From positions 1-49,748 of the forward strand of contig JANOQM010000079.1 of the NCBI GenBank assembly GCA_031422295.1: a DNA stretch of 49,748 nt, given 5' to 3'. A model generated the notes under the pieces. It saw only the letters and a list, made by a program, of their open reading frames with translations. It was not told the DNA's origin and ran no database searches. Shown here in pieces: positions 1 through 9,428 of this stretch. A program made the translations under genes and the position numbers. Source of the DNA: Rhodobacterales bacterium. GTDB taxonomy: Bacteria > Pseudomonadota > Alphaproteobacteria > Rhodobacterales > Rhodobacteraceae. Each line of letters starts with the position of its first letter. The stretch's first letter is position 1.

Positions 1-245
1 CCGGGCACGGATGAAGGCGGTCAATTCGGGGTCAGTGTCGATCCGCGACGGACTGCCAACGCGGTGCGCCGCGCGGTGCGGGTCAATCGGGGGTAAGGTG
101 TCTTGAACAGGGTCTTCAACAGGGCTTTGAAGGGGCTGTTCAAGACACCTTACCCCCGATTGACCCGCACCGCGCGGCGCACCGCGTTGGCAGTCCGTCG
201 CGGATCGACACTGACCCCGAATTGACCGCCTTCATCCGTGCCCGG
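1..245. repeat. Long inverted repeat (hairpin/cruciform). Arms 1-110 and 136-245 are perfect reverse complements. The central 111-135 contains a further 6-bp stem (114-119/127-132) around a 7-nt loop.
   Basis: Direct reading. The reverse complement of 1-110 equals 136-245 base for base. The palindrome begins exactly at window position 1. Confidence 0.9.
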
Positions 246-374
246 ATCGACCGGCTGACCTTCAAGGAAATCGCCGCCGATATCGCCGCGCAATTCCCGC
301 CCGAACGCCGCGCATCGGTGTCCGGTCTGCATCGCTGGTTTCACCGGCAAAAGCGGCACGGGGCGGGCCAATGA
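15..374 (+). CDS. Open frame without a start codon, running through both palindrome arms and ending in an ATGA overlap with the next gene. It is probably the 3' part of a gene whose true 5' end is masked or replaced by the left palindrome arm.
   Basis: There are no stops from 15 to 372-374 (TGA). No ATG or GTG start is visible. The stop overlaps the ATG at 371, which suggests translational coupling. The C-terminal part (246-374) looks like a real protein, ending ...FKEIAADIAAQF...SGLHRWF. Confidence 0.2.
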   Translation, partial: RRSIRGQCRSATDCQRGAPRGAGQSGVRCLEQGLQQGFEGAVQDTLPPIDPHRAAHRVGSPSRIDTDPELTAFIRARIDRLTFKEIAADIAAQFPPERRASVSGLHRWFHRQKRHGAGQ

Positions 375-718
375 CGCATCAACTCCCCGTCCTGCCTTAC
401 CCTAAACCCACGGCGCAAGTCGCACCCTATGTCGAGGCCCTTGGGTTCGACATGGCAATCACCTTCCTGTTGCAATTCGGCGGCGCTGAACTTTACATCG
501 CCAAAGACCCGAAAAGCCGGGGCCAGCTCGAAGCGCTTGTTGGCGCAGATCGGGCCAAAGCGCTTGGCGCAATCGACCACCGCCTGCAACGCCGCGTCCC
601 GCTGGCCAAACCGTGGCTGGCCGTCTGCTTTGCAACCCGTGGCATGGGCACAGCCGAAATCGCCAGAATGCTACGAACTTCCGACACAAGCGTCAGAAAG
701 TGGTTGAAAACATGCTAA
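371..718 (+). CDS. Mor-family (phage Mu middle-operon regulator-like) transcriptional activator, 115 aa
   Basis: It carries a GG-x-ELYI-x-K motif (QFGGAELYIAKD) and a C-terminal HTH (GMGTAEIARMLRTSDTSVRKWL). Both are as in the Mu Mor/C family (PF08765-like). Confidence 0.5.
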   Translation: MTHQLPVLPYPKPTAQVAPYVEALGFDMAITFLLQFGGAELYIAKDPKSRGQLEALVGADRAKALGAIDHRLQRRVPLAKPWLAVCFATRGMGTAEIARMLRTSDTSVRKWLKTC

Positions 719-954
719 AAGTCGAATGGCACGAAGACGAGATCGAAGCGGCAATGCGGTAGGATAAAGTGCGGGTTCCGCCCCAGTCCCGAAAACCCCA
801 ATCGCAGGATGTTGGCAAACATCATCTGAACCCGCAAATGAGGCCCCGTTACCGGCTCAAATTGGCTGAACAGGGGGTATCAGAACAGTTGAACACTAAC
901 ACTTACTTTTGCGGATGGGGCAGGGTAGGGTGCGTGATTTCACGCACCTTTCAC

Positions 955-2562
955 TTAAAACCCGATCAATGCGTAGCCAATCATCACAAGGGCCGAAACA
1001 GTCGTGATTATTTTTGCGCCCTTGTAAACTGCACTTTTATCAATCTCATGGATAAGAGATGGGGTCGCTTTTATCATCAATAGGATGCGCGCTGCGCGAC
1101 CAAACACCCGAACCTTCTCATCCCGCATTGAAAGTGCCAGAGTCCGATCTGCGGGGCCCAACGTGCGGTAGTTGGCCGAGAACCCCTTGGTATCATCAAC
1201 AATCGCCAGAATATCTTGCTGCCAGTCTGCCTGCCCTTGGCCCTCTGTGATATCCACAAGGACAGGCATTGCCTCTGTCATCAAATCCAACGCTGCCTCG
1301 GGCATTTCCGCGAAGGCCTGTGTTTCAATCAGCTTACGGTTCTGCGCCACATCCGGGTGCGTGGCCCTGATTCCCAATGCCCCTTCTTCTAGGGCGCGGA
1401 TCAGTCCCAAATTCTCTTCCGAAGCCGGCAATTCATCCGTCGCAATCTGGCGCACCAGCCCGGCATGAATGGCAGTAAAGTCCATTTCAATCCGCTGCGG
1501 ATCATTTCCGTAACGAGCAAAAGTCCGGTGAAGTACTCGCGCCTCTCGCGACGTCATTTGAAGGCCGTTCCTAGTATCTATTAGGACGTCCTCAAGTGCA
1601 TCCTGCGCCTGAGAAAGAGTAGCGCCAAGTAGGTCAGGTTTCGATATTGCTTGCGGCGAGAAAAAGAATTTCCCGGTATTCTGATTGAACTCGACTTTTT
1701 CGGCCAACAGGAGTTTTTCGGCGAGATGCTCCGTCCTAGCGTCCTCAATCTTGCTCGAGAGGTGGCCTGCGCCTTGCGTCCAACCGGAATCCGGAATAAC
1801 GGCAATTCTCCGATAGAAACTCCAGTCAATTACCTTTCCTTCGACAAAAGCCTCATACCAATTGGACCAAAAACGCCAATCTTGGCCCGATTTCCAAAAC
1901 GCTTCGGTTACAGAGGTGTATTCCAGTGGGTATATCAATATAGATCGGTTTTTGTTCGATTCGACAGTTTCATTATCCTCAGGATCTAGTAATTCGCCTT
2001 CATATATCGTGTCAGTTAGCCCATCTTTTGCATCGTGAGTTGAAACGAAAAGATCAAAATCATCAATCAAAGAGCTAGCGTCTGTTCCAGAGCACTGTGT
2101 TCGTCCGATTGATCGAATGACGCGATTAATCAATACGGCACGTTGGTCAGGTGGAGTCAAAAGGCTATTCAATAAAGAATCACACGATTCAACGACGCGT
2201 ATCTGGTTGATTCGCTTTGGTTTTGGCTTTATGTTCTTGAGTTGGACAATTGTTTCCTTGATCCTAATATCAATCTCTGGATTAGGTTGAACCATCCAAG
2301 AAGATGATACAACTAAGGCACGCAAAACAGGAATTACAATTTCAGCTACTTCTGAGGCCTTCCAGTCGTCACCTATGTAGCCCTTTCTGAAATGCGGGGA
2401 CAGCGCTTCAAGTCCACGAAAAGCTGCACGCCAGGCTAACTGCAAGCTAGCACTGCTGCCGAGTTCCCCGTTGATTAAGTCTTCGAGGTGTAAGCCATAT
2501 GAATCAACTGTTTCACTTCTCGCCAAATCTGCACCCCGTTTTTTTACTGGCACAATCTGCAC
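955..2562 (-). CDS. Hypothetical protein, 535 aa, with a C-terminal transmembrane anchor. It is transcribed divergently from lepA.
   Basis: Long ORF. The hydrophobic C-terminus reads [18 protein letters not shown]. Composition is mosaic: the N-terminal-coding part (about 1650-2562) and the extreme 3' end are visibly AT-richer than the central part. I recognise no family motif. Confidence 0.55.
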   Translation of the reverse strand: MQIVPVKKRGADLARSETVDSYGLHLEDLINGELGSSASLQLAWRAAFRGLEALSPHFRKGYIGDDWKASEVAEIVIPVLRALVVSSSWMVQPNPEIDIRIKETIVQLKNIKPKPKRINQIRVVESCDSLLNSLLTPPDQRAVLINRVIRSIGRTQCSGTDASSLIDDFDLFVSTHDAKDGLTDTIYEGELLDPEDNETVESNKNRSILIYPLEYTSVTEAFWKSGQDWRFWSNWYEAFVEGKVIDWSFYRRIAVIPDSGWTQGAGHLSSKIEDARTEHLAEKLLLAEKVEFNQNTGKFFFSPQAISKPDLLGATLSQAQDALEDVLIDTRNGLQMTSREARVLHRTFARYGNDPQRIEMDFTAIHAGLVRQIATDELPASEENLGLIRALEEGALGIRATHPDVAQNRKLIETQAFAEMPEAALDLMTEAMPVLVDITEGQGQADWQQDILAIVDDTKGFSANYRTLGPADRTLALSMRDEKVRVFGRAARILLMIKATPSLIHEIDKSAVYKGAKIITTVSALVMIGYALIGF

Positions 2563-2656
2563 CGTCTTTCCTCACACGTCCACCCCCATCCCCCCTTGCA
2601 AAACCGCCCTTTTCCCCCCAATACCGGCCTCTGAAACCCCCATCAGGCCGCATCCC

Positions 2657-4456
2657 ATGCCCGACCTCGCCCATATCCGCAATTTCTCGATCGTGGCCCA
2701 TATCGACCACGGTAAATCCACCCTTGCCGACCGGCTGATCCAGGAAACCGGCACCGTCAAGGACCGGGATATGAAAGAGCAGATGCTTGATTCGATGGAT
2801 ATCGAGCGGGAGCGGGGGATTACCATCAAGGCCAACACGGTCCGCCTTGATTACACAGCGAAAAACGGCGAACACTATGTGTTGAACCTGATCGACACCC
2901 CCGGCCACGTCGACTTTGCCTACGAGGTGTCGCGGTCAATGCGCGCCGTCGAAGGCTCGCTTCTGGTGGTCGATGCATCGCAAGGGGTCGAGGCGCAGAC
3001 CCTTGCCAATGTCTATCAGGCGCTGGATGCCGGGCATGAAATCGTCCCCGTCCTGAACAAGATCGACCTGCCCGCCGCCGAACCCGACCGCATCCGCCAG
3101 CAGATCGAAGACGTCATCGGGCTCGACGCGTCCAACGCCGTCCTGATTTCCGCCAAATCCGGCATCGGCATCCCGGATGTGCTCGAGGCTATCGTCCACC
3201 GCCTCCCCGCCCCTAAAGGCGACCGCGACGCGCCGCTCAAGGCGATGTTGGTCGACTCGTGGTACGACAGCTACCTCGGCGTCGTCGTGATGATCCGGGT
3301 GATCGACGGGGTCGTCCGTAAAGGGGATCGCGTGCGGATGATGCAGACCGACGCGGTCTATGGCATCGACACGCTGGCCGTGTTGAAACCGCAAATGGTG
3401 CCGATTGCCGAACTGGGGCCGGGCGAAATCGGCGTCCTCACCGCCAGCATCAAACAGGTCCGCGACACCCGCGTTGGCGATACGATCACCAGCGAACGCA
3501 AGGGCTGCGAGGTCGCTTTGCCCGGCTTCAAACCCGCGCAGCCCGTCGTGTTCTGCGGCCTGTTCCCGGTCGATGCGGCGCAATTCGAGGATCTGCGCGA
3601 CTCCATCGAAAAACTCGCCCTGAACGATGCGTCTTTCTCCTATGAAATGGAAACCTCGGCGGCCTTGGGGTTTGGTTTTCGCTGCGGCTTCCTCGGGCTG
3701 TTGCATCTTGAGGTGATCCGCGACCGGATCGAGCGGGAGTATAATATCGACCTGATCACCACCGCCCCCTCGGTGGTGTATCACCTCTATATGAAAGACG
3801 GCACGGTGCGCGAATTGCACAACCCCGCCGACATGCCCGACCTCACACTCATCGACCACCTCGAAGAGCCGCGGATCAAGGCCACGATCCTGGTGCCCGA
3901 CGATTACCTCGGCGATATCCTCAAACTCTGTCAGGACCGGCGCGGCGTGCAGCTTGACCTGACCTATGCCGGGTCCCGCGCCATGGTTGTTTACGACCTC
4001 CCCCTCAACGAAGTGGTGTTCGATTTCTATGATAGGCTGAAAAGTGTTACCAAAGGGTATGCATCGTTCGACTACCAACTCTCCGCCTATCAGGAGGATA
4101 ATCTGGTCAAGATGTCGATCCTCGTGAACGACGAACCGGTCGACGCCCTGTCGATGATGGTCCACCGCGACCGGGCCGATATGCGGGGCAGGGCGATGGT
4201 GGAGAAACTGAAAGAGCTGATCCCGCGGCACATGTTCAAGATCCAGATCCAGGCGGCGATTGGCGGCAAGGTGATCGCGCGGGAGACTTTGTCGGCGCTG
4301 CGCAAGGACGTGACGGCGAAATGCTATGGCGGCGATGCGACGCGGAAACGCAAGCTGCTGGACAAGCAGAAGGCCGGGAAAAAGAAGATGCGGCAGTTCG
4401 GGAAGGTCGAGATTCCGCAGGAGGCGTTTATTTCGGCGTTGAAGATGGATGGGTGA
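2657..4456 (+). CDS. lepA: Elongation factor 4 (LepA), 599 aa
   Basis: The N-terminus reads [27 protein letters not shown], with G-domain motifs DTPGHVDF and NKID. The length matches LepA. The track ORF 2471.. is an upstream in-frame extension. Confidence 0.95.
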   Translation: MPDLAHIRNFSIVAHIDHGKSTLADRLIQETGTVKDRDMKEQMLDSMDIERERGITIKANTVRLDYTAKNGEHYVLNLIDTPGHVDFAYEVSRSMRAVEGSLLVVDASQGVEAQTLANVYQALDAGHEIVPVLNKIDLPAAEPDRIRQQIEDVIGLDASNAVLISAKSGIGIPDVLEAIVHRLPAPKGDRDAPLKAMLVDSWYDSYLGVVVMIRVIDGVVRKGDRVRMMQTDAVYGIDTLAVLKPQMVPIAELGPGEIGVLTASIKQVRDTRVGDTITSERKGCEVALPGFKPAQPVVFCGLFPVDAAQFEDLRDSIEKLALNDASFSYEMETSAALGFGFRCGFLGLLHLEVIRDRIEREYNIDLITTAPSVVYHLYMKDGTVRELHNPADMPDLTLIDHLEEPRIKATILVPDDYLGDILKLCQDRRGVQLDLTYAGSRAMVVYDLPLNEVVFDFYDRLKSVTKGYASFDYQLSAYQEDNLVKMSILVNDEPVDALSMMVHRDRADMRGRAMVEKLKELIPRHMFKIQIQAAIGGKVIARETLSALRKDVTAKCYGGDATRKRKLLDKQKAGKKKMRQFGKVEIPQEAFISALKMDG

Positions 4457-4461
4457 ATAAA

Positions 4462-5577
4462 ATGACACTGTTAGAAGAAGTTGAAATCGGTTCTCGCAGA
4501 GTTGCTACTGATGGAATCACGATGAGCATCGGAGAGCTGTCTACATACTATCGTGATGGTGATTTAAATATTAACCCCGAGTTTCAGCGTGCATTCCGAT
4601 GGACAATTGATAAGAAATCAAATCTAATTGAGTCCATTCTACTTTCAATTCCTATCCCATCAATTTTTGTATTCGAGAATGAAGATGGAACGTGGGAATT
4701 AGTAGACGGCCTTCAAAGACTTTCCACTATCTTTGAATTTATGGGGATTCTCCGAGAGCCCGACAAGAGTGCACGTCCACCATCATGCCTTATCGAAACG
4801 ATTTACCTCCCTAATTTGAGCAATGCCGTTTGGGAGAGGTCTAAGCGAGTAGTCGGAATTTCAGAAAAGACGCAAGTGCCAATTGAATCGGCTCTACAAC
4901 GTCGAATAAGAACTGCTAGAATACAAGTTGAAATTCTAAGGTTTACTAGCGACGTTGATACCAAATTTGATTTATTCCAAAGATTAAACAGAGGTGGAGA
5001 AACGGCTAATGCGCAAGAAGTCAGAAATAGTCTTTGCGTGATGGCTAGTGAATCTGGATTCAAAAAATTAAAGGCATATGCCTCAGACTCACTTTTTCAG
5101 GAACTATTTAAGATAACTGACACTGGGAAGGAGCAGCAGAAGCATATTGAGTATTTAATGCGTCTAGTTGTTCATACTTATTTTGACTTTGATACAAAAA
5201 AGGACTTGGAGTCATTCATCGACGATGGGATTAAGAAAGTCCTAACGGATGAAAAAAAATACCCTTGGAAAATCAAAATTAACAAAGCTCTTGAGCGCAT
5301 CAATAGTGCCTGCGGGGATGTGGCGCTTCTCCCTCGACTTGGAGAAACTAGAACAGCAAATCGGGTAAGCCTTCGGCAGCTGGAAGCAATCGCCGTTGGG
5401 GTTTCTCGAAACATTGATGCGATTGAAAAAGTGAAAAACCCCGATGCTTTTCTAAAGAAAAAGATTGAGAGTTTTTGGGATCAGCCAGAGGTGGAAAAGA
5501 TGTCAGCTGCGGGATTGAATAGTAGTGTTCGGCTTCAAAGAACCGTTCCATTTGGTCTGACTTGGTTTAGGCCATAG
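4462..5577 (+). CDS. DUF262 (ParB/Srx-like; GmrSD N-terminal-type) domain protein, 371 aa
   Basis: Signature INPEFQRAFRWT...LIESILLSIPIPSIFVFE...WELVDGLQRLSTI (DGLQR at nt 4705-4719). The start ATG at 4462 follows the lepA stop by 5 nt. The gene is visibly AT-rich relative to lepA. Confidence 0.85.
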   Translation: MTLLEEVEIGSRRVATDGITMSIGELSTYYRDGDLNINPEFQRAFRWTIDKKSNLIESILLSIPIPSIFVFENEDGTWELVDGLQRLSTIFEFMGILREPDKSARPPSCLIETIYLPNLSNAVWERSKRVVGISEKTQVPIESALQRRIRTARIQVEILRFTSDVDTKFDLFQRLNRGGETANAQEVRNSLCVMASESGFKKLKAYASDSLFQELFKITDTGKEQQKHIEYLMRLVVHTYFDFDTKKDLESFIDDGIKKVLTDEKKYPWKIKINKALERINSACGDVALLPRLGETRTANRVSLRQLEAIAVGVSRNIDAIEKVKNPDAFLKKKIESFWDQPEVEKMSAAGLNSSVRLQRTVPFGLTWFRP

Positions 5578-5584
5578 AACTGGT

Positions 5585-6289
5585 ATGCGGTCTCACCTAA
5601 CCAAGATGATGGAGTGGCGAACGCTAGAAATTGCGGAGATGAAGGCACTTCTGCCGCGGCAGTCTGATATGGGATTTGAATTATTTTGCCGAGGAGCTAT
5701 GGTCCTGTGTTATGCTCACTGGGAAGGAGCATTTAATGATTGCCTGAAGGTAGTCGTAGGCACATTGAAGTCAGGGGACATTGACTTAAGTCGAGCACAT
5801 CCCGGAATTTCCGCGCTATTTTTCTCCCGAGATATTGATTCTTTCCTGAATAGAAGGATCGAAGAAGATACTGTCGTTGAGCACTTAATTGCGTTTCACT
5901 TCCTGTGTCAGAAGTCGGTGAAGGGAGAGGTTGCAAATGCTCGTGCTGCCACGACGAGGTCAAATCTTAATTGGAATCGAATAGAAGTGGTATTTTCTAT
6001 ATTCGGATTCAGTTGGCCAAAGCTTCATTTGAAGAAGATATTCATTGAGCACAAGTTGTCGCGTCTACGTCATTCAATAGCACACGGCGAAGCTCCAAGA
6101 TTGACTAGAGTTGTCGCGTTGCAGCAGTTAGACGAAACAAGCATATTGTTAGATGAGATAGCTGAATATTTCCATGCAGTATATAGTTCGATTTTGCTAC
6201 CCCTCTCTGACCAGCCAAAGGTCAATAATTTGACCGTGCTACTTCCCGCCAAGTCTGCGACTGAAAGCACACCCTACACCAGCCCATAA
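5585..6289 (+). CDS. HEPN-like protein (MAE_28990/MAE_18760-like family), 234 aa
   Basis: It has an R-x4-H HEPN motif, RHSIAH (R162 at nt 6068-6070, H167 at 6083-6085). It is co-oriented 8 nt after the DUF262 gene and is AT-rich like it. Confidence 0.7.
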   Translation: MRSHLTKMMEWRTLEIAEMKALLPRQSDMGFELFCRGAMVLCYAHWEGAFNDCLKVVVGTLKSGDIDLSRAHPGISALFFSRDIDSFLNRRIEEDTVVEHLIAFHFLCQKSVKGEVANARAATTRSNLNWNRIEVVFSIFGFSWPKLHLKKIFIEHKLSRLRHSIAHGEAPRLTRVVALQQLDETSILLDEIAEYFHAVYSSILLPLSDQPKVNNLTVLLPAKSATESTPYTSP

Positions 6290-6397
6290 ACCCCGCCCCG
6301 CCCGCCGACCGCGACGATTACCACCACCAAACGGCCATCCTCGATCAGGTACACCACCCGCCAATCCCCCGCTTAATTGCGAGGGTTTCACCCACCC

Positions 6398-6532
6398 TCA
6401 CATCCCCGCCTGCACCTGTGCCCCCTCAGCCGTAATCGCCTGCCCAGCGGACTGGATATCCTGCCCGGCACCCTTGACCGTCTCGCATCCGGCCAAAGCT
6501 ACTATCACCAAAACCATCATCACACGTGTCAT
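6398..6532 (-). CDS. Entericidin EcnA/B-family small lipoprotein, 44 aa (below the ORF-track size cutoff)
   Basis: Translation: MTRVMMVLVIVALAGCETVKGAGQDIQSAGQAITAEGAQVQAGM. It has a lipobox (LAGC) and an entericidin-like GAGxDIQxxGQAI core. Confidence 0.6.
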   Translation of the reverse strand: MTRVMMVLVIVALAGCETVKGAGQDIQSAGQAITAEGAQVQAGM

Positions 6533-6722
6533 CGGTCACTCCTTTGGTTGATCCACAACCCCAACGCGCGGAACCCCGCCGACGTTCCACAGGCGATGCA
6601 ACGGAACCGTCACCCATCGGCGTTATACTGACACAACCGCAATGATGGAGCCTGCCATGACCTACCTGCCACATGCCTTTCTGGCCGCGACGACGCTGTT
6701 GATCTTGGCCAGCATCATGACC

Positions 6723-7469
6723 TCAACCATGATCTAAAAATAACTCAACCGCCGCCACAAACTCGCGGGGTTTTTCAGCGTGCAGCCAGTGGCCCGCGTC
6801 GGGGATTTTGGCAAAGCGGGCGTGGGGGAACAGGGTGCGGATTTGGGCGCGGTGTTCGGGCAGCACATAGTCGGACTGCGCCCCGGTCAGGAACAAGACT
6901 GGCCCGGTGAACACGCTCGACACCGTAGGAAACCCCATGATCGCGGGCATATTCGCGGCCAGCGCATCCAGATTAAGGCGCCAGCGTTTCCCTGCCAGAT
7001 CAAAGCTTTGCAGGAAAAACGCGGCGAGGACCGGATCATCCAGCCCCATCATCCCGGCGGCCTCGGCCCTGGTCGTCACCGCTGTCAAATCAACCCGGCG
7101 CATCGCCGCGATCTTGTCCAGCTGACTGTGGCCATAGGCGACCGGGGCGATGTCGGCCACGATCAGACGGCGCACCAGATCGGGCCGGGTCAGCGCCAGA
7201 ATCATCGCCGCCTTGCCACCCATGGAATGGCCCAGAACATCGCATTGGCCCTGAATCATCCCGGCCAGATCATCAGCCATATCCGGATAAGTTTGCGAGC
7301 GATTCCAATCACTTGCGCCATGATTGCGCATATCCACAGCGACTACTGGGCGCGCCTCAGACAGGCGTTTGGCAATCACCCCCCAGTTCCGCGCCGACCC
7401 AAATAATCCGTGCGCAATCAACAGCTTGGGCCGATCCGTCGGGCCGTCATGGACAATCGTGTTCAACAT
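6723..7469 (-). CDS. Alpha/beta-fold hydrolase (esterase-like), 248 aa
   Basis: HGLFGS oxyanion region, GHSMGG nucleophile elbow, and a downstream His. Confidence 0.85.
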   Translation of the reverse strand: MLNTIVHDGPTDRPKLLIAHGLFGSARNWGVIAKRLSEARPVVAVDMRNHGASDWNRSQTYPDMADDLAGMIQGQCDVLGHSMGGKAAMILALTRPDLVRRLIVADIAPVAYGHSQLDKIAAMRRVDLTAVTTRAEAAGMMGLDDPVLAAFFLQSFDLAGKRWRLNLDALAANMPAIMGFPTVSSVFTGPVLFLTGAQSDYVLPEHRAQIRTLFPHARFAKIPDAGHWLHAEKPREFVAAVELFLDHG

Positions 7470-7547
7470 GGCGCAACTCTACCTCTTGACAGGCCCAAAA
7501 GACCAGCCTCCCTTGCCGAAAACCCCCATCCATGGCATCCACCGCCG

Positions 7548-7919
7548 ATGACACCCCAAGACCTAGAGCCTCAGATCGCTGAAATTCGATCCCTGCTGGA
7601 ATCTCAGCTGCGGATCAAGGGGCGGAGTTTGGACCAGCAAATCGCACGTGCCGGTCGGCTTCTCCCGCGCAAAGTACGGGGCGAGGCGCTGTTTTTGGCG
7701 CAGGCTAACATGCTGATTCAAAATCCAAAATTGGCGCGGATGATCAATCAGGACCGGGTCGGTCAGGCGCATCGAACCGTCGCCGGATACTTGAATTCTA
7801 TCGATCCCAAAGATCGGCGCAAAGGTCGCCTTCTGAACGTCGCGGGCATCATCGCATTCAACGGCCTTCTCATCGCGGGATTGGTCATCGCAATCTTGGT
7901 CTGGCGCGGTTTTGTGTAA
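7548..7919 (+). CDS. Hypothetical protein with a C-terminal TM helix, 123 aa. The track ORF starts at 7410, but that start overlaps the divergent hydrolase gene.
   Basis: ORF. I chose the ATG at 7548 (MTPQDLEP...). The C-terminus reads IIAFNGLLIAGLVIAILVW. Confidence 0.45.
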   Translation: MTPQDLEPQIAEIRSLLESQLRIKGRSLDQQIARAGRLLPRKVRGEALFLAQANMLIQNPKLARMINQDRVGQAHRTVAGYLNSIDPKDRRKGRLLNVAGIIAFNGLLIAGLVIAILVWRGFV

Positions 7920-7980
7920 GGTGGGTTTTAACCCACTCTTCAAGCTAACCTGCTGAAAGTAAGGTGGGTTTTAACCCACC
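7917..7980. terminator. Two tandem copies of a hairpin (aaggtgggttttaacccacc) between convergent genes; probably a bidirectional terminator.
   Basis: Copies at 7917-7936 and 7959-7978. Each forms a gtgggtt/aacccac 7-bp stem. They lie between the end of the 7548-7919 gene and the end of glyA. Confidence 0.6.
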
Positions 7981-7984
7981 TCTG

Positions 7985-9280
7985 CTACATCCCCGGATAA
8001 ATCGGGAACCGCTCACACAGCGCAACAACCTCGGTCCGGACCTGCGCCTCGACCGCGTCATTGCCGTCCTCGCCGCTTGCGGCCAGCCCATCGACAACCT
8101 GCACGATCCAGCGGCCAATCTGGCGAAACTCCACTTCCGTAAAGCCGCGCGTGGTGCCGGCAGGGGTGCCCAAACGGACGCCACTGGTCACCGTCGGTTT
8201 CTCGGGATCGAACGGTATCCCATTCTTATTGCAGGTAATATAAGCGCGGCCCAATGCCTTTTCAGTCGCATTGCCCTTGACCCCTTTGGGGCGCAGATCG
8301 ACCAGCATCAGGTGGCTGTCGGTGCCGCCGGTGACAATATCGATGCCCCCCTTCATCAGTTCATCGGCCAAGGCCCGCGCGTTCTTGATGACGTGGCGCT
8401 GATAGGATTTGAACTCGGGGCGCAACGCCTCGCCAAAGGCCACGGCTTTGGCGGCGATCACATGCATCAGTGGTCCACCCTGAATGCCCGGAAAAATCGC
8501 GGAATTGACTTTCTTTGCAATGGCTTCGTCATTGGTCAGGATCATCCCGCCGCGCGGACCGCGCAGGGTTTTATGGGTCGTTGTGGTCGCCACATGCGCA
8601 TGCGGAAAGGGCGAAGGATACAGACCAGCGGCGACCAGCCCGGCAAAATGTGCCATATCTACCAATAAGATAGCACCCACGCTGTCAGCAATCGCCCGCA
8701 TCCGGGGAAAGTCGATGATCCGCGGAATGGCCGATCCGCCAGCAATGATCATCTTGGGCTGATGTTCGGTCGCCAGACGCTGGACCTCGTCATAATCCAA
8801 CAAGGAATCCTGCTGGCGGACCCCATATTGTTTAGCGTTAAACCATTTCCCGGATTGGTTCGGCTTGGCCCCATGGGTAAGGTGACCACCGGCATCCAAA
8901 GACATCCCAAGGATCGTGTCACCCGGGGTCAACAGCGCCTGAAACACGCCTTGATTGGCCTGCGATCCTGAATTTGGCTGCACATTGGCAAAGCCACATC
9001 CAAACAGCACACAGGCCCGCTCAATCGCCAAATTCTCTGCCACATCAACGAATTGGCAGCCGCCGTAATAGCGCTTACCGGGATATCCCTCGGCGTATTT
9101 ATTGGTCATCACACCGCCCTGCGCCTCCATCACGGCGGCCGAGACGATGTTTTCGGACGCGATCAATTCGATCTCGTGCCGTTGACGCCCCAGCTCGGAT
9201 GTCATGGCTGCAAACAGCGCAGGATCGCGGGTCACAAGACCTTCGGTGAAAAATCCATCGTCGCGGGTGGGAGCATTCAT
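7985..9280 (-). CDS. glyA: Serine hydroxymethyltransferase, 431 aa
   Basis: Reads ...[38 protein letters not shown]... The [14 protein letters not shown]-lysine motif is present. Confidence 0.95.
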   Translation of the reverse strand: MNAPTRDDGFFTEGLVTRDPALFAAMTSELGRQRHEIELIASENIVSAAVMEAQGGVMTNKYAEGYPGKRYYGGCQFVDVAENLAIERACVLFGCGFANVQPNSGSQANQGVFQALLTPGDTILGMSLDAGGHLTHGAKPNQSGKWFNAKQYGVRQQDSLLDYDEVQRLATEHQPKMIIAGGSAIPRIIDFPRMRAIADSVGAILLVDMAHFAGLVAAGLYPSPFPHAHVATTTTHKTLRGPRGGMILTNDEAIAKKVNSAIFPGIQGGPLMHVIAAKAVAFGEALRPEFKSYQRHVIKNARALADELMKGGIDIVTGGTDSHLMLVDLRPKGVKGNATEKALGRAYITCNKNGIPFDPEKPTVTSGVRLGTPAGTTRGFTEVEFRQIGRWIVQVVDGLAASGEDGNDAVEAQVRTEVVALCERFPIYPGM

Positions 9281-9428
9281 CGGCTAAAATCCTTGTACGG
9301 GGAAGGGATGCAACTTCATACCGCAAGCGACCCCGCGTCAAAAGGGCCAAAACGACGCGCTTGGCCTTGCCCGCGACCGCTTGCTTTCACAGTGATTTAG
9401 GCCGCATGTTACCCGCAGCAAGAGGACC

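Noticed and set aside
769-1083. 104-aa plus-strand ORF between the Mor-like gene and the 535-aa gene
   Set aside because: It overlaps the 3' end of the better-supported minus-strand gene. It has no RBS or motif and is probably spurious.
2936-4468. 510-aa ORF on the minus strand
   Set aside because: It is entirely antisense to lepA, and its low-complexity R/H/G-rich translation is typical of GC-rich antisense frames. It is not a gene.
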